NCBI GenBank assembly: GCA_043228905.1
Contig: JBHGNT010000014.1
Coordinates: 2,790,001-2,854,000, forward strand
From: Azolla caroliniana
Taxonomy: Eukaryota > Plantae > Polypodiophyta
Reading direction: 5' to 3'
DNA length: 64,000 bases
The notes under the pieces were generated by a model. The model ran no database searches, was not told the origin of the DNA, and saw nothing but the letters and a program-made list of their open reading frames with translations. Positions 22,959 to 37,500 of the stretch are shown here, in pieces. How positions within the stretch are numbered: position 1 is the first letter of the stretch; each line of letters starts with the position of its first letter. Both the position numbers and the translations under genes were made by a program.

Positions 22959-24120
22959 GTTCAAACTCACAACCATGGACATCTTTGTTCAATATTTAAT
23001 TGAGAACAAGGGTTTAACACATGGGAGGATAACGATTAAGGCATCATGGTGGCAATTACTAAATGGATGTATTTCACTCAGTATTCAGGGCTCTTCATAT
23101 GTTCAACACTCGGTTACTTAATGGCAAGAAACACTCTTGTTATGTGTATGGAAACCATCAACTAGTAGAGAGCATTGTAATTCTTTGCAAAAAGAGTTAC
23201 TTGTGTCTTCTTGGTTATTATGTTGGCTAGGAAAGGAGAGATTGCGCTCTCAATATAATTGTTTGTTTTGTTTGTGGGTCAAAGAGGTGGGAGATATAGT
23301 TGAGGGTCCATCTCAAAGAATTTTGGAGTTTGTTGAAGCGTGACAATTATTACGCATCCCGCCTAATTATGGGTTTATTTGGCAACAACTACAAAATATT
23401 GCATTGATGAAAGGTCCCTTACCTCTACAAATAGGAGAACACCTGTGGATTGATTGGTGTTTACAGGGTCAAACGTTGTTGTTACAAGTGACTACTAATC
23501 TTTTGTATCATTGCTTTGTTGAGTCTCTTGGATGGCTATCATCTAAGGTTGAAGAAGAATGGAAAATACACAAATCTGATCATGGGCGGTGGAAGATCTT
23601 ACAATGTAGTTGCCATTCTAAATTGCCACTTGTAGCAAAAGTTTTCATTTGGAGAGAACTTTGATTGGAGGATTGCCTTTGGGATTAGCTTTAAAGCGTT
23701 GTGGACTAGCAACTGGTAATTGCTTTTTTTGCATTGTTCAAATGGAAGATACTACTCATCGATTTATACAATGTTCGATAGCTTGTTAGATTTGGAGTTA
23801 CATTTCTCAAATTTGGCAAGTTTTATTACGGTGTTATTTGACTCCTAGATAGTGGGTGTTTGCACAATTTACACAAGTTGACCCAAAATCAGAGATGGAG
23901 ATCGTTTTTCTATTTCTGAGATATTGGGGATTGCGTCATAATGGAACATGTGCAACGCTTTTTGTATTCGATGGTAGACATCGAGTGAAAGCATATCTAC
24001 GAAAGTTAAAGGGAGTACTAATGTGGCAATTTTCTTTATTGGAGCAAGTGGAAATTCTTTCCTCAGTGGAGTGTTCGTCTTGCCTATTGCCAATTCAACA
24101 TGTTCCACTACCCATGTAGT
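22959..24120 (+). mobile_element. Degenerate L1-type LINE ORF2 3' fragment
   Basis: Broken frames read KLPLVAKVFIWR..GGLPLG..GNCFFCIVQMEDTTHRFIQC, a zf-RVT-like motif of plant L1. Confidence 0.55.
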
Positions 24121-24840
24121 GTAGTGTAGTTAGTGGATGGCCATAATCCATTGTCACACACATTGTAAGTAGTGTTTTTCACACACATTTATTAACATAA
24201 TTGTGTGTTTTCACCGAGAGAGAGAGATAGATAGATAGATAGATTATATTATCATCTTCGGAGGTCAAATATGACCTATGAGACCAAAAATATTACATTT
24301 CACGTGATATGTGTGAAAGTGAGTAGTGACTCTCGATGTTGAAGAACTTTACCAATGAATGTTGTAATCGAGAGTGCACATTGTGGTTGGTTGAATATGA
24401 TCAAAGGTAGAGCATTGTATCAAAGTGTGATACTCAGACTCGCGAACTTGTTTAGGGCAAAGTGTGCATAGCCGACCACTCTCATCACTTCTGCCCCAAC
24501 GCCCTGTTTCACATCGCAATGCATGTGAGCAAAGTCGCATGGAAGAAATGGTTCGAATGGCAGATAACAGTATGGGCTCTAACATGTATGGATGTGTACG
24601 ATTTCCCCGTTCCACAAAGAATATGGTTTTGTAGTTAGGTGCAACATGTGTAGTATAATGTGTGAAGCGTGAGCCTCCACATTTGTCCCATGTCATGATA
24701 CATTGGCATTGCAAAAATGCCTCATTTACAAAGGAATCTAATGATGCATCCTGAAGCAAGTGTCTCGCATCCCATCTACCAAACCATTTTTCTATATCTT
24801 GCATCCAACCAGAACACAAAATTTTGCTTTTATGTGTCTT

Positions 24841-26229
24841 TTAGATCTTTTTGCTTGCTTCCCACGCAATTCTAGGAAGTGGATGTGAGGGACTTTTTTG
24901 AACCTTAAGCATGTATTCAACAACCCTTTCCATGGCCATGATCTCAATGGGAAGCGATCCCGTCTCAAGGAGGACGAGGGTGTAGGGCGTTTGTTTCTTA
25001 ACTTGTAGAAACTTGGTAAGAAAATGCTTTTGGACATTTTCAAACTCTTTCCACATAGATTTAGGGATGCTACCGCCCCATACTTCCACTCCATAGAGAA
25101 GAACCGGTGTCACCAAAGTGTCGAAAAGATATTTCTTGAGGACCCAACACTTAATATCTCCAAGATTGCATGTGCTCTCAAATGCATAGTATGCTCGCTT
25201 ACCCGCCTCTAAGCGGCGTGTAGCACATTCATTCCATCTATGATTTGAAGGAACTTCAAGGCCAAGATATTTGAAGCTTTCCACAAATTCAAGTGGCTCA
25301 TTGTTGTACATAATGCATGGTTTATCTCTTTTTTGGCTCTTCACAAGCATAATCTTTGTTTTAGAACTATTGACACTTAATTTGGTATGCATGCAAAATT
25401 TTTCCAATGCCTTCATAAGCTTTTGTGCATCTCCTAATGTATTTGCAAAATGCACTACATCATCTACATATAACAAAAGCATAATCACAACATTCCCAAT
25501 GGCAACTTCTTCAACACATTCTTCCTTTGCAAACTTGGTAACCATTTCTTCCAACTCATCAATGCATAGACCAAATAGTGTTGGTGAGAGTGGGCATCCT
25601 TGCTTAACACCAATAGTGCTTTTAAAAAAATCTGAAAGTTTATCTCTCATGCGCACACAACATATAACCTTCTCATAAATTCGGGAAATTGCAAGCATAT
25701 ATTCACTTGGCAGCTCAAGTTCTTCCATTCGCCTCCAAAGATGCTCACGAGGTACCATATCAAAAGCTTTCTTGAAGTCTACAAAGCAACAATATAAACC
25801 TTTACCTCTAAGGCGACTTTCCTCCATTAATACTCGAGGGTTGATAAGGTGATCAATGGTGCTATGATGTTTCCGAAAGCCAACTTGTCCATAAGCTCTC
25901 TTACCACTTTTTTGAGCCCATACACTTATCTTTGATTCCATTATACATCCAAATAGTTTTGGCATTAATGAGCCAACCATGATGGTTCGATAGTTGTTTA
26001 CATTATTTATATCTCCACCTTTATGTAAAGGTTTGATCCAATTTGTAGTCCAATCGTACGGCATACCCTGTTGCAATGCATCATTAAACATATCGCTTAT
26101 CCATATATGTGCTTCCTTTCCCGTCCATTTGAGCATTTCAGCCTTTATACATTGAAGATTGAGTCCTTTGTATATATCTTCAATTGTAAAGAAGGGATGC
26201 ATATGTGAAAGAGAACCATAACACATCAT
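24841..26229 (-). pseudogene. LINE reverse transcriptase (ORF2 fragment)
   Basis: Non-LTR RT motifs NYRTI, QVGFR, DFKKAFD, QGCPLSP, YVDD, KYLG. Confidence 0.9.
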
Positions 26230-29200
26230 CTTTCTAACAAGAGATAACTAATATAAATTCTTACAATGCATAAACAAGTCGTGAAGAGTTAAGTCACCAT
26301 AACTCTCAACACATTGTTGTGAAGAATTTCGGCCAGAGGCGGAAACCGGGAAACATTGGCTACATCGGCGGGGTGCAGTGTGTGTGCTCACCCTTGTACA
26401 TTTATTGTGAATAACGAGGGCGCCTTTATGGCGCCGAAGAGTAGTCAAGTCGGGACAGACGATCCCATGTATGTCGGGATTTATCCCACATTGTAACGCA
26501 TCCCTCTCCTTGTTCTATAAAAGGAAGGGAACGCCCTTTGTGAAGGGGTTGCCCATTTTGCGTTAGAGGGTATACCGTTAGATTTAGGGTTAGTTACATT
26601 TCTTCTTCTTCTTCTTCTTCTTCTTCTCCCCCCTTCGTGTTCGCTTAGGTTTTGCTTCAGTCGTCTCTTGCGCAAGACCCCGCTCGGCGCAACAAGCCGT
26701 GAGCTCCCCGACCGGCGGCTTGTCAGCTGACGACTACTGTAACCTACCTTGGTCCGGCTCGAAGCCGGGAATGTATTCTTCCTCTTATATATATATACAT
26801 TTGCGTCTGTCTGTGTATATTCGCGTCTCTGTTGGTGTCGGGTGCTTCCCCTTTCCTATGTTTTCTGTACATAAGGGCGTGAGCCGGGTCAGCCTGTGTG
26901 TGTGTGTGTGTGTGCGAGTCGGTGTTAAGTGCGCGTCCCCTCTCTTTCTCTCTCTCTCTCTTCGGTTGCCTCCGGTGTGCTTCTGGGATGCCCCGGAAAC
27001 GGTGAAGTACGACTTCCTATGCTCCGTCACTCTCTAGTCCAAGACCCCCGTGGTCCCGCCTTTCTCCACGCACGTGCGTAACAACGCGACATATCTGGTG
27101 AACCCGACGTGAAAGGCGGCAAGGGAGGATGGAGTCGGAAGACGACGACCTCGCGGTGATGGTGGCCGAAGTGGTGTTGGAGTCTGCACGAGTGGTGATG
27201 AGGCGAGAAGCAGCGCAACAAGCGGTCGAGCGAGTGGTCGAAAGAGTCGGCCGTTTCAATGGGGACAAAGTCCCATCTTACTTGGAAGCCTACAATGCGG
27301 AAATGGAGGAGCGTGGCGTAGACGAGTCGTTGAGGTTGGAGTTCTTCTGTCCCGACTTGACTACTCTTCGGCGCCATAAAGGCGCCCTCGTTATTCACAA
27401 TAAATGTACAAGGGTGAGCACACACACTGCACCCAGCCGATGTAGCTGTCCGGATGCGTGCGGAAGTAAAGGAGCTCTGTGAGGCTCATAGTTCGTGGGA
27501 GGCCTTCGAAGAGGCGCTCCTGAAGGCATATGGAGGACGACGGAGGAGCCGGGGACGACACGACTTTGACCAGTGGGTAGCATCGGCAAAGACCCACCGG
27601 GGCGCGACCAAGGCGTTCCGAGAGTTCGAGCGACGGCTTGCTCGGCTCCCGAAGCGGGAACAAGGTTTGGTGGGGGCGGACAAGGTCCTATTGTTCGTCA
27701 GGTCGATCGACTGAGCGGAACGGGAGGCCATCGGGATTGAGCTCGAAGACGATGATGGAGCGAATGGGCTTACGGAGGACTGGTCGAAGGTCAGAAGGGT
27801 GTGCCAACGGCTGGACAACGAGCGAGCAGAGAAGGCTAACAGGAAGGTACGCGACAACGTGCCATCACAGCGGGAAGAGGCCGAACGGCAAAGAGAGTCG
27901 GCAAGGGTCGGCGTTGGGGCCAGGATTGCGGAGGCGTACGCAACTCTCGAGGCAATGCTCGAGGAAGAGGAAAGACCGAGGCTGCAAGCCGAGACTGAGG
28001 AGATGGACTTGCCCCACGCGACGACGGAAGATCGGTGCAACGGTACCACGGGAGAGGGTGCGGAACAAAACGCCCTCTCGACTTGCGGAGATAGAACGGC
28101 CAAGGACGAGGCCGAAATACAAATCGCGGAACCGGATAGTTGGGACCAGCGGTTTCGGGCGTGTCAGCCCGAAACCCCGGAAATCGGAGAAGCAAGCCTA
28201 GGCGGGGCTTGCGCGATCGGTAAGAAGACGACCGCCGACCACGAAGAGTCGGTGGCTACGGACAAGGGCGTAAAACGGACGGACGATTCTTTGTGTCTTC
28301 CCACACTTGCTCCCGAGATGATGGCAATCGGGCCCGAGTGCCCACGTGAGTCCCAAGCGGAGGAAGGCGGTGGCGAAGGACCACAAATCACCGGCGAGAC
28401 GATACGGGGAAGGAACAGACGAAAGCCCTCGAACCTGATTCCGGAGAACTTGGCATTCGGGCCCGTATGCGCATGTAAGACCGAGGAGATGGATGGCGGT
28501 ACCGAGGAGTGCTGGCATGATGCCAACGAAGATGGATGGGAAACGGCCTGTGAGGAGATCGGCATTCCGATGAGGATGGAGTAGAATCCAGTCGTGGATC
28601 GTTCGATCGGGGCCGGATTCGGCATGAAAGTGCCGATACGGAAGAGGGTGCGGGATGATCCGCCCTCTTTTACATGGGGAGAAAGACCGACCAGGCGAAG
28701 GTCGGGAATTGGAAAGGAAGGTGATCAAAGGTTCGGAACGAGTCTGGCAAGATCGGCATCGGAGCCGAAATTCCGGACATTGGAGAATCAAGCTCGGGCG
28801 GGGCTTGATTGATCACAGAGCCGATGCTATCCACCGACACCACTAAAAGGGGCGGTGGTCCGGACGAGTTGCGGAAAGACGTTGCGAAATCGGTTACGCC
28901 ACATCTTATCCGGAGGCTTTGGTTGTTTGACCGACGGGGCAACGTAAGACCGAAAGAGATGGACGATGGAGACGGGAAGGCAGCAAGGAGAGCAAACGAT
29001 GAGTTCGGGAGAAGTACAGGGGATGAAGAGGAGAACGAAGACCGGCCCTACAGAGATCCTTACACCGATTCGGCTGTCGGCCCGATTGCCGGCGTGAGTC
29101 CTACAGGAGAGATCAGTGGTGACAGGAGAACGGGACCCGACAATACGGAGAAGGACGAATGGACCCGAACGAGAACCGGGCGGAGCGGACTCCCAGATGA

Positions 29201-32200
29201 CCATTCTGGGAGGGAGGAAGAGAGCAGGCCTACGGAGAGGCCGAGGAGACGGTACGTCGGTACCACGGTGGAGGGTGCGGAACAAAACGCCCTCACGGCA
29301 TGCGGAAAAGGACGACCCGGGACAGGGTCAGGAAGACAAATCGGACGCCCAAGGAGGATCCTTCACACCGGTTCTAGAGACTTCGGCAGTCGGCAACGCG
29401 GTCGACATAAGACCAAGATACTGACGGTGGCGGCGAGGTGACGAAGAAAAAGGGCTATGGATGGGCGGTCTACGGAGATCCTCACACCGATCCGGCGGTC
29501 GGCCCGAGAGACGGCGTGAGTCCTATAGGAAAGGACGGTGGCAGCAGGGGAACGTTACCAACAGAAGAGGATGGTGAAGCCAGAGCGGAGCAGCTGTGAC
29601 CTTTCACGCACCGATTCTAAAGACTCCGGCAATCGACGACAAGAGGAGGCGTGAGACCTAGAGTAAGGGATGGTGGCAGCGGCAAGGCAGGCAACCGAAG
29701 CCTGAAGGGGAGGTCCCACGAAGACACTCACACCGATCCGGCGGTCGGCCCGAGTGCCGATGTGAGTCCTACAGGTGAGATCGGTGGCGGCAGGAGAACG
29801 TGATCGGACGACAGGAGGCGACGAACGACAAGGAGGTATGAGGCCGGCGAGGCGGCTACAAACCAATTCGGACCTTCCGGCAAGGTCAGTGGGCATAAGG
29901 AAGTCCGGTCCTACGGGATCCCCACACCGAACCAGAGACTCCGGCAGTTCGGCCAACGTGGCAACATGAGACCGAGAGAGAAGGTTGGTGGCGGCGGGAA
30001 ACGGGACCCGGCAACACGAAGGCGGAAACCGGCTACGCGGAAGACACGAGGAGAGTCGTGAAGGACTTCGACAAAAGACACCCGGATCTCGGCCAACGAC
30101 GAAACAAAGATAGGTCCTATGGGACCCTCACACCGATCCGGAGACTCCGGCAGTTCGGCCAACGTGGCAACGTGAGACCTAGGGAGAAGGACGGTGGCGG
30201 CAGGGAACGGGACCCGACGACACGAGGTTTCGGAAGGAGCCGGTAGGGGCAAACACGAGGAGGTGTGTCGGGCCGGAAAGGCACACCTAGGACGGAACAA
30301 GAGTCTCGCAAGTGGCCATCGCGGGCCGGATCGAAGCGTGACTACGGGACAATGTTCGGCACGGGCGATGCCGAACAAAGGAAGCGGAAGATGGCACAAG
30401 GGAGGTGCCGGGAACGAGGTGACAAGTGCCTAGTGGACTGCACAGGGTCGGAGTCAGGGGATGGCAAGAGAGGCCGGAGGAGGATCCTCCACACTCGCTT
30501 CGTAGATCTCGGTAGCTCCGTCGAAGTAGCGAAGACTGACACGGCAAGCCGGGGTGACAAGCTGGTGGGGCAAGGGGATGACGGCAAGCGGAAGACTCGG
30601 GACCTGTTGCAACTGCACGATCTGGCCGGGAAAGGGGCCGACAAGGCGTACAATGAACCGGAGTACGACACAGGCAGTACCAAACAACGGACGAGGGTAT
30701 GTGGCACGCGGAGGTGCCGGAGCGGAAAGGCGAGCGCGGAGATAGGTTGCGCGTAGAAGGCTAGAAAGCATCCTCCACACCGTTCCAAAGACCATGGCGG
30801 TTCGAGCCGACACGGCGATGTAAAGAGCATGGGGAAGGAAGGTGGCGGCGAGAGGACGAAGGCAACGCAAAGCAGCATGGGACGGCAATCAAGACAACAC
30901 GAATGATCAACGGAGGCCAAGCGGGCCACTACGGGCTTTCCTCAAGCGGAGGACATCGGGCATACGGCGGGGAGCGGGCGTTCATACGGCCGAACAAGCG
31001 CCAGCGGTGTCGTGTGAATCTTCACACACTATGTAAAAAAAAAAAGAAATAATTATTATAGATTAGATTAGTAGCTTACTATAGAAAGATGGATATACTC
31101 AAGAGCTTCAAAATGTATTTTACTATATACAAAATGGAGAAATACATACCAAGTTATGAGAAAATAAAGTTTGATTAGATAGGGAAATTAGAACTATCCC
31201 ACATAGATAGGAAAGTTAAGGCCCTGGCTATATAAACACCTTGAGCTCCCTCATTTTTCATTTGTGCTAAGAGCACTTTGGCCACCATGTCTTGATGGAT
31301 GATGGTGGCCAAATTCCTTAAAACCTGGAAAACAGGTCCGGTAAACAAATCCGGAAATGGGTCGGTAAGCAAATCCGGAAACCGGCTGGTATGCAATCTG
31401 GAAACCGGCCGGTATGCAATCCGGAAACCGGTCGACAAACAAAACTGGAATCGGAACGGGTATGCAAACCGGCCGGTATGTAAAATTGGAAACTGGCCGG
31501 TAAGCAAAACTGGAACCGGCCGGCAAGCAAACCGGAACCGGCCGACAAGCAAAATGGAACCGGCTACCAGACGAGGTTGGACGCGGACGGACGAAAGATT
31601 GGATCATGCAACAAACTAAAGTAAAGTGAAGAGAACTATAAAGTAAAGGCCATGTGGACGCAAGCAACTAAAGAAGGGAGTGCATGGAAAAAGTAAAGGT
31701 CATGTGGATAGTCACATGCAACCAAAAGAAAAAGCTAGGCAACTAAAAGTAGAGGCCATGCAACAAAAAGTGGAAAGGCTATGATCAAGGGGAAACTCCA
31801 TATTTATTCCATTTTTTTTCCTACACTAGGATAGACTCTCCATATTATAAATTTTTTCTTTTCTTTTCTTTGGGAGCTCTCTTATCTTATCGAAGCCAAG
31901 AACCCTAATCTTCCCTACGGAAGCTATCTCTCAAGTAAACCATAATTTCTATACGAAAGCAATCTCTCAAAATCCAAAATTCCTTGTCAAAGCCATATCA
32001 CTCAAGAATCATAATCTCTTATTTCCTCTAATCTATTATTCTAATAATCTCCATAAGATAAAACTTTTGTAATCCCAATCTTGGGATTGATTGTAATCTT
32101 TCTTTCCCTTTTATTAATGAAATTTGTTAATCTTTCTCATTTCGGTTAATTCTTAGTACATAAATACACGAATTTGATATCCTTTAGACAAAGGCCCCGG

Positions 32201-32298
32201 GGTCTTGCCTCAACGTTCACGTATCCTCGTCGTATTTTTGCGACATCTTTGGTGAACCCGACGTGAAACGAGGCAGTCGGAGGATATCAAGTACGAAG

Positions 32299-34539
32299 AT
32301 GGCTTCGACAAGTGGAACTCAAGGAGAAGAATTGACGAAAGGCATGGTGTCCGTCGTCGAATTCATGCTGAAAGAGAGAGATCGGGAGGCTTTAGTCGAC
32401 AAAGCTGTTGACCGAACTGTGGAGATAGTTGGAAGATTCGGTGGGAAGAACATCACAAATTTCCTTGCTACCTACCGGAATGAGATGCAACAAAGAGATG
32501 TCCATGATCCAAAACAAATTTCAAGCTTTAAGCGTGTGGTAGAACCCGGTATCCGTGAGTGCGTGATGGAGATCCAAAACGAGCATGCAACTTGGGCGGA
32601 GTTTGAAAGGGCTCTTCTCACTGAATACATGCTTGAAGACGCATCGTGGATGACTCGACATACGTTAATGAATTGGATCGAGAAGAAAGGGAAGAATTTG
32701 TGTGCATCGGGAATTTATGCCGAATTCGACCAGAAGTACAAACGACTTCCGAGTGTCGAGCAACGAGTTCTCGACGGAGATAAAGTCTTACTATTCCTAA
32801 AGGCAATGGATGTGAAAGATCGGCGAGAATTGGGTAGTTTCTTGGAGGACGAAACACAACCAAATGGTTTGGTAGCGGACTGGGCGGCGGTGAAGAAGGC
32901 TTGCAGCCGTTTTGATAAGCGACGACAATGGCAAGAGGAAGCTGAGGTCGAGAATCCACAATTGTGGAAGAAGGCACCTACGACGATTGAGCCTAGTAAG
33001 CCGATCAACAATTTCGACAAGAAAGCAATGGAGGAGTCTATAATCGAAGAGCTCTCCAAGAAGTTTGAAGCGGTATCGCTAGCCAACTTAGGTCGACGCG
33101 GGCCCAAGGGAAAAGAAGCGTATCGATGTGTGTGGTGCGATAGCTTTGAACACTCACGAAGGGAATGTGCTGACTTGCAAGATGCGATCTGCAAGAATGT
33201 CGTCTATTTGGACGGCAACATGATTCACTCAAGCGAGACCCGGAAGCCGCTACGAGTGAACTTCGAAAGAGGTGGGCTGAAAAAGATTGTAGAAGAAGAA
33301 GATGCAAGGCATGTGGAGGCTATGCACTATGCCGCTTCGACTGGGATACGAGTTGGAAAAGAGAATCTTGAAATGATCAAGCCAAGAGCTGGGTTTTGGC
33401 CAACGGTCTTCGAGAGCGAAGAAAAAGGCAAAATCAATTTGGAGGATCTAAAACTTGCTGACCGAAACATGCGACGAGCAACCAGATGGTCAGATCCAAT
33501 CGACGAAAACACAAGCTTTATGGAGGTTGTGTGTGACACCTATGAAGCCCTTGTCGAAGAGAAGAGGAAGAGAACCGGTGAAGAAGATGGCACATCAAAG
33601 CAACCTAACAAGAGGAACGGAGGGAAAGAAGGGCCACCCCAACCTATCCCAAGAAAAGAGATTGGTGAAACAAACATGAAGCCCGGTGGATCGAGCCAAC
33701 CTGCTCAGATGGAAGTCGAAGAATCAATGAAGAAAGTAAAAGAACGAGCGACACCGACTTACAAGCTAAGGTCGGACATAGAACAAACAACTAACTTGCG
33801 GAAGATCCTTGAGGAGAAGGTTTTAGATAGTCATGTCGACCTTACCTTGAGAGAGCTACTTGGGATCGCGAAGAAGGAGTTCCATGATACTATCGTGGAC
33901 CTTATTAAGAGGAAGCGGCAACAATCTGATGAAGAGGAGGTGAAAACAAGTGCCATAACCATGGCAAGATCGGAAGAGGAGGAAGAAGAAGAAGTGGTGG
34001 CGGATAGCCATTACTCGCGGCCTCATTGGGCAAGAGCGACAATGGAAACATCGGTGAAGATCGGGGAGAAGAAAGAGACCGTGGTCGCTTTGATTGACCA
34101 TGGCTCAGAGATCAACCTCATGTCGACCGAGTTCTACAAGAAAGGAAGATGGCCAATTAATACAAACCACGGATGGAAGATTCAAGCGGAGACAAAGGCT
34201 ACGGAGGACTTGTACGGAGCTTGCCCCAACGTTAAAGTCACGATCGGGGATGTAGAGATTGATCAACACTTCTTCGTGCAAGACTCGGCTTCACATCCCG
34301 TCATCCTAGGACAACCATATATAACATCGTCCCGGATGGAGACCAAGGTGTTCGATAATGGAGCGGCACTATTGAAGCATGGGGCACAAATAGTCCGAGC
34401 GATCATAAGTCCCCACAAGGAAGCAAAGTGCGTGGATTGCAAGGAGAAGCAACATGCATCACACCTGGCGGCGCATGCAAACTTAGACTACTCAACAAGA
34501 AGGAAAAGTGTCAGATACAAGACTTCGAGGAGGTGCTAA
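32299..34539 (+). CDS. Gag-protease of element B
   Basis: Zinc knuckle CVWCDSFEHSRREC; aspartic protease ALIDHGSEINL...VILGQP. Confidence 0.8.
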   Translation: MASTSGTQGEELTKGMVSVVEFMLKERDREALVDKAVDRTVEIVGRFGGKNITNFLATYRNEMQQRDVHDPKQISSFKRVVEPGIRECVMEIQNEHATWAEFERALLTEYMLEDASWMTRHTLMNWIEKKGKNLCASGIYAEFDQKYKRLPSVEQRVLDGDKVLLFLKAMDVKDRRELGSFLEDETQPNGLVADWAAVKKACSRFDKRRQWQEEAEVENPQLWKKAPTTIEPSKPINNFDKKAMEESIIEELSKKFEAVSLANLGRRGPKGKEAYRCVWCDSFEHSRRECADLQDAICKNVVYLDGNMIHSSETRKPLRVNFERGGLKKIVEEEDARHVEAMHYAASTGIRVGKENLEMIKPRAGFWPTVFESEEKGKINLEDLKLADRNMRRATRWSDPIDENTSFMEVVCDTYEALVEEKRKRTGEEDGTSKQPNKRNGGKEGPPQPIPRKEIGETNMKPGGSSQPAQMEVEESMKKVKERATPTYKLRSDIEQTTNLRKILEEKVLDSHVDLTLRELLGIAKKEFHDTIVDLIKRKRQQSDEEEVKTSAITMARSEEEEEEEVVADSHYSRPHWARATMETSVKIGEKKETVVALIDHGSEINLMSTEFYKKGRWPINTNHGWKIQAETKATEDLYGACPNVKVTIGDVEIDQHFFVQDSASHPVILGQPYITSSRMETKVFDNGAALLKHGAQIVRAIISPHKEAKCVDCKEKQHASHLAAHANLDYSTRRKSVRYKTSRRC

Positions 34540-37500
34540 AAGAAGAAAGCATAATCGAAGAAGAAGAATTCGTGTCATATATTCTGGAGGAAGCCTCATT
34601 TAACGACACCATCGGCGAAATCGAGGAAGTCGTGGATTTGAGCTATCCTCACCATCAACATGTGATTTCGGTTAACTCCGTCAACATGTATACTATCATC
34701 GATGAATATCATCGAGGCATCTTGATAGAGGAAGTCGAAGTCAACACAAAATATAAAACCGTGGATAGGAAGATCAAGCCAGTTGCAGTTCCGCTACCGG
34801 AAGATAGCTGGCAAAAGATGAAGGAAGTTGCAAAAGATCCAAGCTTAAGGAACCCAAATACAATTGGTCACATCTTCACTGAAGAGACGAAGGGAAAGCT
34901 ACGAGTTGGAAGGGAGGATTTCCTCCTCCCTGAAGAGGAGCGGATTGTCGAATACAAGTGTATAATGGACGTATTCACACTATCCCTTTAGGCCATTTGT
35001 GTAATTAGCATAAAGGGTAGTTGCCCTAAGTCGGTCACTATATATATTGACCTTGTAACCTTTTTGTAAGGTTGGGTGTTGTATTATTTCTTCTATGGAA
35101 TAGAAAGTCGTTTTGTGCCTCCCTCTCTCTCTCTCTATCTCTGTGCAACAACCTACAATCTATCATACGCAGGTACAGAAAAGAATCGAATGCTTCTTGA
35201 TCTTCCGCATAGACGACTTTGTCTCCAACATCTGGTATCAGAGCCTGCACAGTATTCGGTCCTTCATCCCGCTGTCGGCCGTCGTCTCAGCCTGCACAGC
35301 ATTCGGTTTCCTGCGTCATTCGAAGAAGAGAGAAGAAGAAGAACGAGGCTTGCATCTCATCGCGTTAGATCATCTTCGCTTGGAGTAAGCCAGCCGGTTG
35401 TACTCTGTTTCTTGTGATCGTAACCGCTCGCGGTGAAATCCCCTTGTGCAACATTGACACGATCGTGCTCCACTCGGTTAAACGGCATCCGAAGAGGTCA
35501 ACAAACGCCGCTCATTGTAACCACTCGGTGCAGATCGGTCTCAAGACAACAACCCCAATTCGTGCTTCATCCGACTGATCGACATTCGGGAGGATCAGTT
35601 GGATCTGTCTCTCTCGTCGCTGCAGCCACCCGAAGCAGAATCGGTCCAGACAATCGGTTTGAATAATCGGTATTCGGCATATATATCCGAAGCGAACCGG
35701 GCTCACTCCGACTCGGCAACATTCGGGAAGACCAGTCGGTTCTGTCCCTCAAGTTACCGGAGTCAATTCGAGCAAGTTCAACAATACATATATCCGAAGC
35801 CGAACCGACTCGGGTTCAAATCCGACTAGAACGATATCGGGTGAGCCAACCGGCTGCACTCCAACAAGGTTCGTAGTCAACTCCGAACCGAGCTTCGTCA
35901 ACCGAAACCAAATTTGATGGCATCAACATCCGGCTCGTCAGAAATGAGTTTACGAAAGTTCGATGGATCGAACTTCAACTTCTGGAAGGAACAAATGCAG
36001 GACTATCTCATAGTCAAGGGGCAAATCGATCCCATCGAAAATGAAGAACCTCCAGAAGGATACAAACCAATTGAGTGGCAGAAGTTGGACAGAATCGTCC
36101 GCGCCACGATTCGGATGCACCTATCGGAATCGGTATACTTTACGGTGCAATCGTGTACGACAGCATTCGAACTGTGGAAAACACTGTCGGACACTTACGA
36201 AAAGAAGGTCGCCGCAACGAAGATGTTTCTGATCCGGCGCCTCTACAACTTGCGGATGAAAGAATCCGATTCGGTTCAAGCACACCTCAATGAGTACGAA
36301 AGCATAAGCTCCCAAATCTCGTCATAGGGGACGGCAATCGAGGATGAACTCAGAGCAATGATACTCATGAGCAGCCTTCCCTCATCATGGGAAACTTTCG
36401 TCACAACCGTGTGCAACGCGTCAACCACGGTTGTTAAATACTCCGAAGTCACGAGCGCAATCCTGACCGAAGCAGCTCGGAGAAAGTCTTTCGCCAAAGA
36501 CTCAACAGACGACGCTTACGTAGTACAAGGTTCGACAGACCGATCGAACATACGAGGAAGAGATTCCTCACAGCCGCCGAACAATCAGCGAAGATGGAGC
36601 CAGTCACGGGATAACCGAATCTGCAACTATTGCAAGAAACCCGGACACATCAAAGCCGACTGCCCCGCACTCAAGAACAAGAACAACAAGAAGAGTGGCC
36701 GGCATGAGGAGATCAATTACGTCAGCTTCTCAGCTGATGTTCTACCAGACGACCCGAATATACTATCAATCGAAAATCCAGTCGGATCAGAAGTTCTACT
36801 CACGACTGAAGAATCAAGCACATGGCTCTTAGATTCGGGCGCGTCATTTCACGTGACTCCTCATCGATCCCAATTTCGGCAATATACGATCCGTCACTCC
36901 GACTCAGTTCGAGTCGGCAACTCACAACACTGTGACATTATCGGAATCGGCACAGTAGAGCTCAACCTTGCAGGTGGCTCTACACTTGTACTCCACAATG
37001 TCCGACATGTACCCGAGCTCTCAAGGCCATTGATCTCAGTCGGACAACTAGATGAAGACGGCATTCGTGCCGGTTTTTCTTCGGGAGGGTGGACACTCCA
37101 CAGGGGGAACCTCCTGCTTGCTAGAGGACCCAAGATACACTCACTGTATCCGTTACATGTTACGCTCAGAGAGGGTAACCTGTTTTTGGTGGATATTCCT
37201 GTGTCATCACTATGGCACCGAAGATTAGGACACCTCAGCAAGGCCGGCATTACGCATCTATCTAGAGCCGGATACATCCCCAAACTCTCCTTCTCCGACC
37301 ATCAATTCTGCGAGCATTGCCAGTATGGCAAACAAGCAGCCGCATCACACCCGACCTCAGCACCAAGAGAAACGAGACCTCTCGATTTAGTCCATTCGGA
37401 CGTCTGTGGCCCAATGCCGCATCAGTCTCTTGGCGGTGCCTCTTACTTCGTCAGTTTTATTGACGATTCGACTCGGAAGGTGTGGGCTTATCCAATTCGC

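Noticed and set aside
27486-30929. Many overlapping ORFs inside element A
   Set aside because: GC-rich, internally repeated DNA with no recognisable domain beyond broken gag
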